A DNA stretch of 64,000 nucleotides from Botryllus schlosseri (lineage: Eukaryota): assembly GCA_051294905.1 (NCBI GenBank), contig CM119379.1:15624001-15688000 (forward strand), read 5' to 3'. Shown here piece by piece: positions 62,624-64,000 of the stretch. The notes beneath the pieces were generated by a model. The model ran no database searches. It was not told the origin of the DNA and saw only the letters and a list, made by a program, of their open reading frames with translations. The position numbers and the translations under genes are program-made. The number at the start of each line of letters is the position of its first letter. The first letter of the stretch is position 1.

Positions 62624-64000
62624 CTGAAAAAGTCTGAGAATCATTGGTCTAAAACAATATACAACGACATTGATGTCATTACCTGACAGTTGACCACATT
62701 GCAGTGGTATTTTCGTTTCAAAATATCCCGCTGTTTCATTCTGCTCCTGCTAATCACTATAATTTCACTGATAAGGCACTCTAATGTTATGGCAATCTAC
62801 CCGGTATATGTCCCTCGAATGACAGACGCCGATCACACTTGGTTGCTACGACAAAGTCAACAAAGTAGTAGAACTTAAAAAGAATTATAGGATTCAATTT
62901 CAGCGAGAATGAAGAAGTGAAAATGATACTTCAATATTGGTATGGTTCACAAAGTAAACATATGTCAGATCGGGAAACACAATCAATCATACGTTCGATA
63001 GTACACAAAAAAGTATCCGATTTCACCAAGATGCAACTAATATCTGCGTAATCATTATGTAGAATATGTACCGCACACTGCTGTACATCAGATGACAATA
63101 AATGTACTTGTAACGACCTTTTTAAAGTATCCAAATCTATATATCCATAACAGTTGCGCAAATTTTCAAAAAGTCGCGATTTTGTTCGATGAAATTGATG
63201 ATTCATGTCTACAAATCAGTATAGTTAGGTTTGAAGCTGGTTCCCCCGTTGTTTTATTTTCCCTTAATACACAAGGAAATCATCATTCATCATAATCAAT
63301 CATCATTTATTTGAGATTAGGCACTGTCGTTAGTATTTTATTATGATCTCATCTACATACCCTTCAGTTATTATTTACACATAGGATTATGAATAGGCTA
63401 AGTAAGCTTAAACCACTTCCACGGCCCATTTTGCATTTATTGTTTGTTTTAAAGACCCTACCGGGGCATTGGGTCGAATTGAGTCTTGTGTTTCCTGGCA
63501 TTTGTCCATTACATATCAATTAAGTGGGATCTGTCACAAAATTACATCTATCGCCAAATGATTGGATCTCAAAAATATTGGAAACTATTGTCGGAAGCCT
63601 GATATTATTCGACGGGAAATAGCACTGAAAAATTCCAGTTTCAAAATCGTAAATTCGAGGCTAACGTACATGAATGAGTCACAAGAATCCATCGTATAAT
63701 TGAAGTTCCGTTCTATCTGCGAAACAAGCATAAATCAATTTCTGTATTTTGCGTGTTTGATCAGCGTGTACTCAGCTGAGTACACGCTGGTTTGATGCGG
63801 CGAGATAGCGCAGTGGTATAATAACACTGTGCTGCGTTTGCAAACTAGTTTTCAAAGGTAAAAGATGTTTTAACTGTTTTTGGATCAGTGTTTCGCGCTG
63901 AACTAAAAAATGCAACCAATTTTTCTCAATTAGGTCAAGTTTTTTCTCCACGGCATATTCAATTATGCTAGCTTTTGGTCATTATTCTACCTACACAAAG

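Overview
AT-rich eukaryotic genomic DNA with spliceosomal introns, of invertebrate-animal type (the taxon cannot be fixed from the sequence alone). I reconstructed three intron-containing protein genes by hand, all on the minus strand. (1) GDPD1/GDE4-type lysophospholipase D: 8 exons, 3347-21987, 318 aa, with one GC-AG intron and a 12.9-kb intron 2 holding two decayed PIF/Harbinger transposons. (2) SPEF1: 5 exons, 31402-37196, 232 aa, with a GC-rich, nearly intact 5'-truncated RTE retrotransposon in intron 1. (3) An unnamed gene of at least 15 exons (44554-61189, 5' end unresolved) encoding a MIDAS-intact vWA domain, a beta-rich and helical middle region and a C-terminal BRCT domain. I do not recognise this architecture, and it is the best candidate for something undescribed. 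There is also one canonical tRNA-Gly(GCC) gene, sitting inside a MITE-like element. The rest is a dense transposon landscape: CR1/L2-type LINE 3' ends, a tRNA-headed SINE sharing that LINE tail, a Gypsy integrase remnant, many hAT-type MITEs with 8-bp TSDs (several nested) and two large foldback palindromes. A 2.2-kb transposon-free, CpG-rich intronic island carries an exact 13-mer three times. All exon calls come from manual translation and splice-phase matching; no database search was run.
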